From positions 1-40,049 of the IMG/VR virus record IMGVR_UViG_3300038365_000080: a stretch of 40,049 nucleotides of DNA, one strand, 5' to 3'. The translations under genes and the position numbers were made by a program. This document shows, one piece after another, positions 28,811 through 36,705 of the stretch. The DNA comes from a virus (taxonomy: Duplodnaviria > Caudoviricetes). The notes below the pieces were generated by a model, which was not told the origin of the DNA, ran no database searches, and was given only the letters and a program-made list of their open reading frames with translations. Within the stretch, counting starts at the first letter, position 1; each line of letters begins with the position of its first letter.

Positions 28811-29147
28811 TTTTCCTTGTAAATTCACTTACAATAAATCCCACTTTTTTATTCCCCACTTACAATAAAACTTTCCCGACCACGACATAAAATCCCGGTT
28901 TTTCTTTCCGACTTGTAGTTACAAGTACAATAAATCCACGGCTATTGAGTACTTTCCCAATTTAACCACTTCTTGTATTTTGTCCGCATACCACGTTATT
29001 TTGTTCCCTAAACCCTCTTTATATTTTTACAAGTTACTATCCATACCCTGTCACAATCGCATCACCTTCAAAATCCCACCTCAAAAACGCAGTTATACCC
29101 ATCTTTTTACAAGTCGAAATTTCTCGAAAATATTTTTCGAAAAAAGC

Positions 29148-29176
29148 TTTACTTTTTAAAGTAAAAGCTTTATACT
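29148..29176 (+). promoter_or_regulatory. Sigma-A-like early promoter overlapped by an inverted repeat
   Basis: TTTACT-17nt-TATACT; imperfect palindrome AAAGCTTTACTTT..AAAGTAAAAGCTTT covers -35 and spacer. Confidence 0.7.
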
Positions 29177-29204
29177 AATAGTACCATAGTTCTCTATCAA
29201 CTCC

Positions 29205-29480
29205 ATATAACACCTCCCCACCGGGGGGTGAGGCGCAAGCCGTGCTCTTTCACTTTCACATAACTGAGGGAGGCGATACACGGTGCTAGCAGGAGACCAG
29301 AGCGATGAGCCGCACGAGGTCACGATGGGTGGTGAAATTCCACCGGGCAGCTGTCCTATAGGCTTTGCCAACTCTACGGAGGACAACGACAGCGAGGTAT
29401 GACGAAGTGAACCAGGCGGGGAACCAAGGCAATAAAAGCTGAGCTCTGTGGAAACGACAACTAGTCAGCAGCACTTGAAT
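29205..29480 (+). ncRNA. Candidate structured non-coding RNA, family unknown
   Basis: GC-rich, no credible + strand ORF, several hairpins (GGC-GCAA-GCC, GGTGG..CCACC, GGCA..TGCC, GCTGA..TCAGC) directly after the promoter. Confidence 0.5.
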
Positions 29481-29486
29481 TATAAT

Positions 29487-29557
29487 CACAGGCCCCCACA
29501 CCGGGCCTGTGTTCTTATTATTTGCAGTTCCTTAGTACGAGCTGTCGATAATAAGAA
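29487..29557 (+). other. Two consecutive hairpins (possible terminator or processing site)
   Basis: CACAGGCCC-7-GGGCCTGTG followed by TTCTTATTAT...ATAATAAGAA long stem. Confidence 0.55.
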
Positions 29558-29583
29558 TTTACCCAGAAAGGAGGTCACTTATA

Positions 29584-29970
29584 GTGACTGAACGAAAGAA
29601 AAAGAATCAAGGTATGAACTGGATACGTCAAGAAAAACGGTTAGCTATCTACATCAGAGACGGTCTTGAATGTGCTTACTGCCACTCTAATATAGAAGAT
29701 ACTAAACTCACTCTGGACCACCTCATCCCTTATTCTAAGGGTGGTTCTAATGACCAGACTAATCTGGTTACTTGCTGCCACAGATGCAATTCCTCCAGAG
29801 GAACCAAAGATTGGAAAGAATTTGCTGAGTCTGTAGCTCAATACTACAACACTTCCGGCTCATACATAATAGATTACATTACCAAAACTACTCAAAAACC
29901 TCTGAATGTACCTCAGGCCAAGCAGATACTCCAGCAGAGAAAGGAGGCCAAGAATGTACACGGAAACTAA
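29584..29970 (+). CDS. HNH endonuclease
   Basis: RD...CAYC, LTLDH.IP...GG.N...NLVT.C..CN. Confidence 0.9.
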   Translation: MTERKKKNQGMNWIRQEKRLAIYIRDGLECAYCHSNIEDTKLTLDHLIPYSKGGSNDQTNLVTCCHRCNSSRGTKDWKEFAESVAQYYNTSGSYIIDYITKTTQKPLNVPQAKQILQQRKEAKNVHGN

Positions 29971-30751
29971 GTACCCCGATAAAGTCTATAAGCACCACCA
30001 CTTTGAGGCTATTTCGGAACTTCTTTCCTATATTAATACTACTCCGATTTCGGATATATTCTCTTCACGGTCTCAATCCTCTCACAACAAGGGAAATTCT
30101 GAGTGGTACGGTACTTCTTCTTTTGAAGAGGCTCTCATACTACTTCAACAAGGTTGGTGCCCAGAGGCAAAACAACTGTCTGAGAAGGTTCCTATTAAAA
30201 CTACTCAATCCTCTCTACAGTCTCAAAGGCCGACACACTCAGTAGTGGGTTATCAAGCATCAGTACCCCGATACTTACAGGGTATACCAACTAACATGAT
30301 AACATCAAAGCCAGTCACTAATAAACAGAAAATAATAACTCTGTACAAATCCCTATCTTACGCTTCAAGAATATCTACTTCTGAAATTGAGCGTGAAGGA
30401 ATCAAGGCTCTGCAGATTATTCAGGCTCTGGAGGGTAAAGGATACCGGGTGAAACTCAATATGATTTGGTTATCTCGCAAAACTAGAGAGATTGCTACTT
30501 TGTCTCTTACAGTTAAAAAACCACAAGACCGTCTGTCTCTGATAAAGATGGCTTTTCCTCTGGTTCACCCCTCAATGCTGCGTAGAATCTGTTTAGCCTG
30601 GATGGAGCGCAATCCCCATCTTCGAGAAAATTTCACTCAGGGTTATGGTAGACCATGCCCAGAGGATTTCATACCTCAAAAGGGTGAGATTTTCTTACCC
30701 CCTTTTATTACAGATGTCGGGGAGTTCGTGGACTCACTAAATTTAAGTTAG
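29954..30751 (+). CDS. Putative degenerate VWA-like partner of the AAA+ ATPase
   Basis: AGGAGG RBS before ATG 29954; G....VP.YL.G.P..M, LE..G.RV, HPS.LRR, GYG.P motifs; adjacent to MoxR-like ATPase. Confidence 0.65.
   Translation: MYTETKYPDKVYKHHHFEAISELLSYINTTPISDIFSSRSQSSHNKGNSEWYGTSSFEEALILLQQGWCPEAKQLSEKVPIKTTQSSLQSQRPTHSVVGYQASVPRYLQGIPTNMITSKPVTNKQKIITLYKSLSYASRISTSEIEREGIKALQIIQALEGKGYRVKLNMIWLSRKTREIATLSLTVKKPQDRLSLIKMAFPLVHPSMLRRICLAWMERNPHLRENFTQGYGRPCPEDFIPQKGEIFLPPFITDVGEFVDSLNLS
29967..29999 (+). repeat. 33-bp direct repeat, copy 1
   Basis: CTAAGTACCCCGATAAAGTCTATAAGCACCACC identical to 32578-32610. Confidence 0.95.
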
Positions 30752-30763
30752 GAGGCATATTTA

Positions 30764-31852
30764 ATGAGAAAGCTTAACGAATTACAAGTCGGTGACGAGG
30801 TTGCTCTGGTAAACTTCACAGGTAAACTGAGGATAGACACACTCAAGATAGACAGTATTGAAATTGGTGACAGCGTAGACCTTTTCTTTGTAGTCAATCT
30901 CAAAAACGGTGCTGAGGGCCACTTCGATGTCAACACCGGCAAACAGCTGAATGCGGCTGAACCTAAGTACGCTAACTTTATTATGCTACCTGAATATGCC
31001 CCCGATAAAGTTGCCCCGACCAAGCGCAAGTCCAAACGTGAAAAGACTATAGATTTTGACCCTACTCCCGTCCAGACACAAGACGGTATCGTGAAACACA
31101 GTAAGCACTCCACCATCTTGACTTGTATCAAGGCTGATATCCCGGTCTATCTTGTAGGTGAGGCTGGAACTGGTAAAAACTTCACTCTACAGTCTATCGC
31201 TGAAGAACTCAATCTCCAGTTCTATTTTACTAACTCAGTACAGCAAGAGTTCAAAATTACTGGGTTTATCGATGCTGGAGGTACATACCACGAGACTGAA
31301 TTTTACAAAGCGTTCACCAACGGTGGATTATTTTTCCTGGACGAGATAGATGCATCAATCCCAGAAGTTCTTGTACTTCTTAACGCTGCTATTGCTAATC
31401 GGTATTTTGAATTTCCCAACGGTCGTATAGATGCCCACCCAGACTTTAGGGTTGTAGCTGCCGGGAATACTTGCGGCTCTGGGGCGGACGAGCTGTATAC
31501 TGGCCGTCTTGTACTTGACTCAGCCACTCTGGATAGGTTTGTGGTTATCGAATTTGACTATGACAAAAACATAGAACTCTCATTATCCCACAACAACGAG
31601 CACTTAGTCAATTTCGTGAGACAAATCCGCAAATTCGCAAAAAATCACGGTATCCGTGCTACATTCTCTTACCGCTGTATAATGTCAATCTCCAAGCTGG
31701 AGTCAGCCGGGATGCCTCTCAAGACTATCCTGGAAATAGCGGTATTCAAGGGCCTGGATAAAGACACTATAAAGATGTTCAAGACTGATTACTCTCTGGG
31801 TTCTTGCGGTAGATACTATTACGCTCTGGAAGAACTGAAAAAAGCTGCTTAA
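30764..31852 (+). CDS. MoxR/CbbQ-like AAA+ ATPase with extra N-terminal beta domain
   Basis: GEAGTGKN, FLDEID, HPDFRVVAAGNT, LDSATLDRF. Confidence 0.9.
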   Translation: MRKLNELQVGDEVALVNFTGKLRIDTLKIDSIEIGDSVDLFFVVNLKNGAEGHFDVNTGKQLNAAEPKYANFIMLPEYAPDKVAPTKRKSKREKTIDFDPTPVQTQDGIVKHSKHSTILTCIKADIPVYLVGEAGTGKNFTLQSIAEELNLQFYFTNSVQQEFKITGFIDAGGTYHETEFYKAFTNGGLFFLDEIDASIPEVLVLLNAAIANRYFEFPNGRIDAHPDFRVVAAGNTCGSGADELYTGRLVLDSATLDRFVVIEFDYDKNIELSLSHNNEHLVNFVRQIRKFAKNHGIRATFSYRCIMSISKLESAGMPLKTILEIAVFKGLDKDTIKMFKTDYSLGSCGRYYYALEELKKAA

Positions 31853-31854
31853 AA

Positions 31855-31916
31855 GTCGAAACCCCCTCCAACGAGGGGTCTACCAGAGATGGCCTACTGG
31901 TACTGATGAGACAGGC
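31855..31916 (+). ncRNA. Hammerhead ribozyme, type II
   Basis: GTC-GAAA-CCCC..GGGG-TC-TACCAG..CTGGTA-CTGATGA-GAC; loop GCCT can pair with 3' AGGC (pseudoknot); predicted cleavage after 31880. Confidence 0.9.
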
Positions 31917-31943
31917 TAATATTACATACTTGGGGGTGTGTGA

Positions 31944-32345
31944 ATGTTAAGAGGTATTGTTATTTCTACTGCTGGGCAAGTACAAATCAAGGATTTTCCC
32001 AATCCTGTGTACAAGTCCCTGGGTGAAGTCGTTGGTGGTTACATAGATGTGGTTAGACCCAAAGGAGCCATAGAGGCCCATCTACTCAAGAGAAATATGT
32101 GTTTCGTCTGTAACGAAGAGGGTAAACTCCAAAACCTGCCGGTTAACAATGTGGGTACTTATCTGTATAACATCTATAATGGCACCCTCTTCATGAGGGA
32201 CGTGATTGTGGGTAATATCGTTATTCTCAAAGAAGGTATGACCCCAGAAGGTATGGATTTTGTATCTCTGACCCGACCAGACATAGCCTTTCTCAAGGCC
32301 AGTCTTAATTTACCCATCAATCTCAAGGAGGTGAACCTGTGTTAG
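31944..32345 (+). CDS. DUF3846-like protein
   Basis: L...VGGYI, CNEEGKL..LP.N, D.IVG.IV motifs. Confidence 0.8.
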   Translation: MLRGIVISTAGQVQIKDFPNPVYKSLGEVVGGYIDVVRPKGAIEAHLLKRNMCFVCNEEGKLQNLPVNNVGTYLYNIYNGTLFMRDVIVGNIVILKEGMTPEGMDFVSLTRPDIAFLKASLNLPINLKEVNLC

Positions 32346-32458
32346 AATTTTACAGAACTCCTGCGGGCCGTGAGTTGATAGACCTTGTATTACACCGAAT
32401 AATGGTAGCTCTGGAACGAATAGCAGACCAGCTGGAGATAATGAACTCTACTAAATAA
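32339..32458 (+). CDS. Small hypothetical protein (39 aa)
   Basis: AGGAGGTGA RBS, GTG start; MLEFYRTPAGRELIDLVLHRIMVALERIADQLEIMNSTK. Confidence 0.65.
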   Translation: MLEFYRTPAGRELIDLVLHRIMVALERIADQLEIMNSTK

Positions 32459-32473
32459 AGGAGGAAACAAAAA

Positions 32474-32613
32474 TGAGACTTATAATTGTTGGTAAAGCTG
32501 GAGAGCTACTGGATGCCTTACAGCCATTAATCTTAATGTTTGGCGGGTATACACCACTCAGTCGCATTCCTCCTACCCTAAGTACCCCGATAAAGTCTAT
32601 AAGCACCACCTGA
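32474..32613 (+). CDS. Small protein (about 46 aa), weakly MciZ-like N-terminus
   Basis: AAGGAGG RBS; MRLIIVGKAGELLDAL...; stop lies in the hammerhead core; start coordinate approximate to 1 nt. Confidence 0.55.
32578..32610 (+). repeat. 33-bp direct repeat, copy 2
   Basis: Identical to 29967-29999; its 3' end forms hammerhead stem I. Confidence 0.95.
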
Positions 32614-32664
32614 TGAGTCCTAGCTGGGACGAAACACCTCCTATTATATAAGGGGGTGTCGTGG
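32606..32664 (+). ncRNA. Hammerhead ribozyme, type I
   Basis: CCAC-CTGATGA-GTCCT..GGGAC-GAAA-CACCTCCT..AGGGGGTG-TC-GTGG; predicted cleavage after 32660. Confidence 0.85.
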
Positions 32665-32711
32665 GATACCCACAAAATATTTAGCCGAAAGGCAGAAAGA
32701 GGTAGAAAAAC

Positions 32712-33251
32712 ATGGCAAAATTGGAGAATGTCAAAAAGGGAGAAACTGTAGCGTTGTTGGGGTTCACTGGGATGAATATTGGAGAATTCAAAGTAACAGC
32801 GGCAACCAAGTCTGAAATTACCATTGAGACCAAGAAGGGCACACTTTCCTTCTCTCGTAAAACCGGCAAGCAACTGGGCCTTCCCGAGGAAAAAGAAAAA
32901 TATGCCAACAAGATTGTGCTTCCTGAAGATGCCCCTCCCAAGGTTGAGCGTAAAGCCAAGCCGAAAGTCGAAGACAAGAAGGATGATAAGAAGAAACCAG
33001 CCAAGGAAGACAAGAAACCTGCTAAAAAGCAGCCGGCACCCCCAGAGGATGATGACGATGTTGAAGAAGAAGATGGCCTGGATGGTATCCTGGCCGGCAT
33101 GACATTAACAGAACTATTTGAGTATGCCGATGAGAACGAAGTAGACCTGTCTCATCTGAATAAGAAGCAGAAGAAGGACAAAGGCACTGTCATAGACGCC
33201 ATCAAAGAAGCCCTGGAAGATGACGATGATGACTATGAGGATGCTGAGTAG
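32712..33251 (+). CDS. Highly charged protein: N-terminal beta domain, Lys-rich linker, acidic-flanked helical module
   Basis: GAGG RBS; domain similarity to the AAA ATPase N-terminus and SSB C-terminus in this genome. Confidence 0.8.
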   Translation: MAKLENVKKGETVALLGFTGMNIGEFKVTAATKSEITIETKKGTLSFSRKTGKQLGLPEEKEKYANKIVLPEDAPPKVERKAKPKVEDKKDDKKKPAKEDKKPAKKQPAPPEDDDDVEEEDGLDGILAGMTLTELFEYADENEVDLSHLNKKQKKDKGTVIDAIKEALEDDDDDYEDAE

Positions 33252-33315
33252 CAGAGTGGCGTGGGGGCATAAGCCCCTGCGGGAATGCGCTGGCAGCGGT
33301 CACAAGCCCGTGCTA
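33249..33315 (+). ncRNA. Twister-like ribozyme (P5-type permutation)
   Basis: GCAGAGTG - GGGGC/GCCCC stem - GAATGCGC - GCGGTCACAAGCCCGT; order and motifs fit permuted twister, with GTG/CAC pseudoknot complementarity. Confidence 0.6.
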
Positions 33316-33335
33316 ACTATGAAGGAGGTGATTGA

Positions 33336-34298
33336 TTGATAAAAGTCAGTTATTCTAGGGTAAGTTGTTACCTAGATTGCCCTCAAAAACACCATTTTAG
33401 GTATATACAACGATTAAGAGCCAAGAAAATTGTGCGTCCTTTAACTTTTGGTAAGGATTTCCATACCCTACTTCAATACCGGGATAAAACCGCAGAGATT
33501 ATTGACTCTATAGCAGATACCTATTACGAAATGCCCCCACAAGCTCAGGCTGATTTGGGCGATACCTACTTGGACGATATACAGGAAATATACCATGATT
33601 ATTGCGCCGTTTGGAAAAACGCCACTTTACCCAAAGAAACAGAGCATGAATTTCTTATTCTTATGGCTAAACACAAGGGAGAGCCTATCTACTTCCATGG
33701 TATTATCGATGAAGTGTATGAGGACAACTCTCTGGGTGAGCACAAAACCTTCAGCACTATGCCGAATATGTCCCTGCTGGCTATGAATCTTCAGGTTTGC
33801 TTATATGCTAAAGCCTGGCAAAAAGAGTCTGGGGTAACTCCTTCCCGTATACATTGGGATTATATAAGAAGCACTCCGGCTAAACAACCCGTGTGGCTGG
33901 AAAAATCCCAGAGACTGAGCGAGGCCCAGAACAGTAACATAACCCCTAGGAGTTGGCTCAGAGCCTGTAGAGAGCACAAGATTACAGACAAAGCTGTTCT
34001 TCGAAAATCTAAACTCTTTACTCCCAATATATCCAATTTCTTCTTCCGTTGCGACATCGAGATTGTACCTAACATGGTAGAAGTGGCCTGGGACAGTTTC
34101 AAGCAAGTGACCAGAGACATAATAACACGGGGAGGTGATAATCAGGCCAAGAACATAAGCCGAAACTGCTCTTTTTGTGAGTACCAGCCTATATGCTATG
34201 CTCAGTTCACAGGAGCAGATGTCCAGTATGTCATAGACACAGATTACACAATTAAGGAGGAAAAAGAAGAGGATAGAAATAACCGTAAAGGGGAATAA
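33336..34298 (+). CDS. Cas4/RecB-like PD-(D/E)XK exonuclease
   Basis: SYS....Y..CP, G..FH, GIID...EHKT, Q...Y, C..C.Y..IC (Fe-S ligands). Confidence 0.88.
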   Translation: MIKVSYSRVSCYLDCPQKHHFRYIQRLRAKKIVRPLTFGKDFHTLLQYRDKTAEIIDSIADTYYEMPPQAQADLGDTYLDDIQEIYHDYCAVWKNATLPKETEHEFLILMAKHKGEPIYFHGIIDEVYEDNSLGEHKTFSTMPNMSLLAMNLQVCLYAKAWQKESGVTPSRIHWDYIRSTPAKQPVWLEKSQRLSEAQNSNITPRSWLRACREHKITDKAVLRKSKLFTPNISNFFFRCDIEIVPNMVEVAWDSFKQVTRDIITRGGDNQAKNISRNCSFCEYQPICYAQFTGADVQYVIDTDYTIKEEKEEDRNNRKGE

Positions 34299-34334
34299 GC
34301 CAGAAGTATTGGACAAATTTTTCGAGGTGAAAAT

Positions 34335-35069
34335 ATGAGCTATCTCAGTAAAGCCCAAGACATTTCCCAGCTGCCTGGGTCTAACTTGTGGGTTATCTAC
34401 GGTAAATCTACCAGCGGTAAGACTGAGCTGTTATCAACTTTTCCTAAGCCCCTACTGTATGTGAGAATCGGGGATGACGGCAGTAATACCATAGCCGGCA
34501 AAAAAGGTATTAAGGCCCTGGCCCCTGATAATCTTACTGAGCTGAGAGAAATTGCCCAGGAGCTCAAGAAAGATACAAAGTATGCTGCTGTAGGGGTAGA
34601 TACTTTTGGTCTGGTAGTCCATGAGTGGATAGACCAGAATGCTGTACAGAAAAAGAAACGAGTCACTCAACAGATGTGGGGTGACCTCAAGACGGATACT
34701 GAAGAGCTAATCAAGCTGTTTCATATAATTGCCAGAAACAAAATAGTAGTTCTTACCTGCCACGAGGTTGCTGACTCTATTGAGGGCTATGAGGACGAAA
34801 TAAGCCCAGACATAAGACCCAACGTATCCAGAGGGGCACGTACCTACTTGGAAGGTATGGCTAATTTCGGTATCCATACTACGGTTATCGAAAAAGAAAA
34901 GGAAAAGCCAGACGGTTCAATAGTTACTATCACTAGACACGCTGCCCATCTGGCTACCAACCCATATTATTGGGTTAAAACTCAGAAACCTGCTAATATC
35001 AAGTTACCTAAGTTGGTATATAACCCAACTTATGATAAAATCATGAAATTAATGAAAGGGGAAAAGTAA
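34335..35069 (+). CDS. Sak4-like (AAA_24) recombination ATPase
   Basis: IYGKSTSGKT, FPKPL, DT, W, V.L.CHE; between exonuclease and SSB. Confidence 0.85.
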   Translation: MSYLSKAQDISQLPGSNLWVIYGKSTSGKTELLSTFPKPLLYVRIGDDGSNTIAGKKGIKALAPDNLTELREIAQELKKDTKYAAVGVDTFGLVVHEWIDQNAVQKKKRVTQQMWGDLKTDTEELIKLFHIIARNKIVVLTCHEVADSIEGYEDEISPDIRPNVSRGARTYLEGMANFGIHTTVIEKEKEKPDGSIVTITRHAAHLATNPYYWVKTQKPANIKLPKLVYNPTYDKIMKLMKGEK

Positions 35070-35672
35070 ATGGCAACTAAAAAACTGGATTTTACAGGGG
35101 TAGAAAATTTCACTAGGTGTGACGAAGGACAGCACATTGCCAAGTTAACCAAACTGGAGGAAAAGCAGAGCCAGGCAGGAGATGATATGCTGGTAGGTAC
35201 TTTTGAAGTTATCAAAGGGGACAGCAAAGGCTCCAAGGTTTTTGAGAACTTCCCTCTGACCCAGAAGGCTTTGTGGAAATTGAAAACCTATTTTGAGGCT
35301 ATTGGCATTAAGGCTGAAGGCAAAATCAAAATTGACCTGGACAAGCTTATTGGCCGTGTCTGTATTATTGAAGTAATCCATGAAGAGTACAATGGTTCTC
35401 TTCGGGCTAAAATTTCCACTTTCTTACCGCTCAAGAAGGACGAGCCTACCCCAGACCCTGACGATGACGATGACCCTGACGATGACCCGGATGATGATGC
35501 TTTTGACCCTAAGAAGGCCAGCCTAAAAGAACTCCTGTCCTTCGCCAAAGAGAACAGTATCAGCATACCCAAGAAAGACCGGGAAGATGAAAAGAAAGTC
35601 CGCAAGGCTGTAGAGAAGCACATAGCTGAACAAGATGACGATGATGACGATGATGACTGGGAGGATGAATAA
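35070..35672 (+). CDS. Single-stranded DNA-binding protein (DUF669-like) with acidic tail
   Basis: DF.GVE, S.AG..M....F, ALWKLK, D...L.G..C...V.HEEYNG; acidic tail ending DWEDE. Confidence 0.85.
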   Translation: MATKKLDFTGVENFTRCDEGQHIAKLTKLEEKQSQAGDDMLVGTFEVIKGDSKGSKVFENFPLTQKALWKLKTYFEAIGIKAEGKIKIDLDKLIGRVCIIEVIHEEYNGSLRAKISTFLPLKKDEPTPDPDDDDDPDDDPDDDAFDPKKASLKELLSFAKENSISIPKKDREDEKKVRKAVEKHIAEQDDDDDDDDWEDE

Positions 35673-35680
35673 AACAAACT

Positions 35681-35701
35681 GGGGCCTTTGTGCCCCTTTT
35701 T
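35681..35701 (+). terminator. Rho-independent terminator
   Basis: GGGGC-CTTTGT-GCCCC-TTTTT. Confidence 0.65.
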
Positions 35702-35721
35702 GTATTTAAGGAGGTTGCTGT

Positions 35722-36705
35722 ATGTACAATATTCCTGGCGATACAGGTCATCCTTGGAGGCTTAATAAGTTTATGGAATACCACAGTTTGGGCGATTTCG
35801 ATATGAATTTTCCTATACTAACCCGATATGCTGAAAAACACCACCTATCTATCAAGAATAGGCTATGGATGGCTTATCTGTACTCTACCTGCTATTGTGT
35901 GGGTACTACAATTTTCTTGTTTGAGGAATTGCCCCTGGACGATATTCTGACTCCTAAAAAAGTCAGAGATTTCTGGAGTATATTCAAAGCCCCTCTGATA
36001 TTCCAGACAGACCGTAGATATGTAAAGAACATGAATTGGTTCATACCTTTGGTTTCAGACTGGATGAAGAAAGTAGGGCACAATCCTGTAAGGTATTTCA
36101 AATCTCTACAGGCTAAGAATCCCCACGAAACTTACCTTAACCTGTATAAAGAAATGATGAAGTGGCGTTACTTTGGGCGATTTACTACTTTCCTGTTTAT
36201 TGAAGCTGTTACCAAGCTTACCCCTATCAAAGCTGACGCTGATTGGTTTGACTGGAAAAATGGTAATACTGCTACTTCTGGTATGTTGCATATACTATAC
36301 CTAGACGAAGAGGCAAGTGATTTTGATATCCATGGGTATATTGAACCTTGCACCTTACGGTTGCTAGAAAAGAGACTGCCCCAAGTAATCAAGGCTATTC
36401 AGAAACAATATCCCCAAGTATCTACAAATATTACAGACTTAGAAACATCCCTGTGCGGTTTCAGAAAACTGTTCAAGGGCACTCGATACGGTGGTTACTA
36501 TATAGACCGGGTACAGGACGAAATCATAAAACTACAAGCAAATTTGCCCGATTATAACTATATGTGGGAGGAACTGTGGGGCTATCGCTTAGAGGCATTT
36601 AACCATCAATTTCTAGGTGAAGTTCAAGGATACAAGGGTATACAGAAACATCGTTGTAAGGAGTGGTTGGAAAAAGGGGTGGTTGGGATTGAGGGTATTA
36701 GTTAA
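35722..36705 (+). CDS. Amino acid:DNA transferase (aGPT-pyrophosphorylase, HhH-glycosylase fold)-like base-hypermodification enzyme
   Basis: W.AYLY..CY, TDRRY, FGRF..FLF.E, ETSLC.FRK....RY.GYYIDR motifs; neighbour of a P-loop kinase. Confidence 0.75.
   Translation: MYNIPGDTGHPWRLNKFMEYHSLGDFDMNFPILTRYAEKHHLSIKNRLWMAYLYSTCYCVGTTIFLFEELPLDDILTPKKVRDFWSIFKAPLIFQTDRRYVKNMNWFIPLVSDWMKKVGHNPVRYFKSLQAKNPHETYLNLYKEMMKWRYFGRFTTFLFIEAVTKLTPIKADADWFDWKNGNTATSGMLHILYLDEEASDFDIHGYIEPCTLRLLEKRLPQVIKAIQKQYPQVSTNITDLETSLCGFRKLFKGTRYGGYYIDRVQDEIIKLQANLPDYNYMWEELWGYRLEAFNHQFLGEVQGYKGIQKHRCKEWLEKGVVGIEGIS

Noticed and set aside
28604-28828. 74-aa minus-strand ORF
   Set aside because: Low-complexity Lys/Phe translation of the repeat field, no RBS
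29156-29501. Two minus-strand ORFs (76 and 71 aa)
   Set aside because: Antisense to the promoter-driven structured region, no RBS or recognisable motifs
29205-29970. IscB/HEARO (OMEGA) system or group II intron
   Set aside because: The HNH is only 128 aa with no RuvC or PLMP motifs; no reverse transcriptase and no convincing domain V
33336-34298. Cas4 as part of a CRISPR system
   Set aside because: No cas1/cas2 or array; sits in the usual exonuclease-Sak4-SSB recombination module
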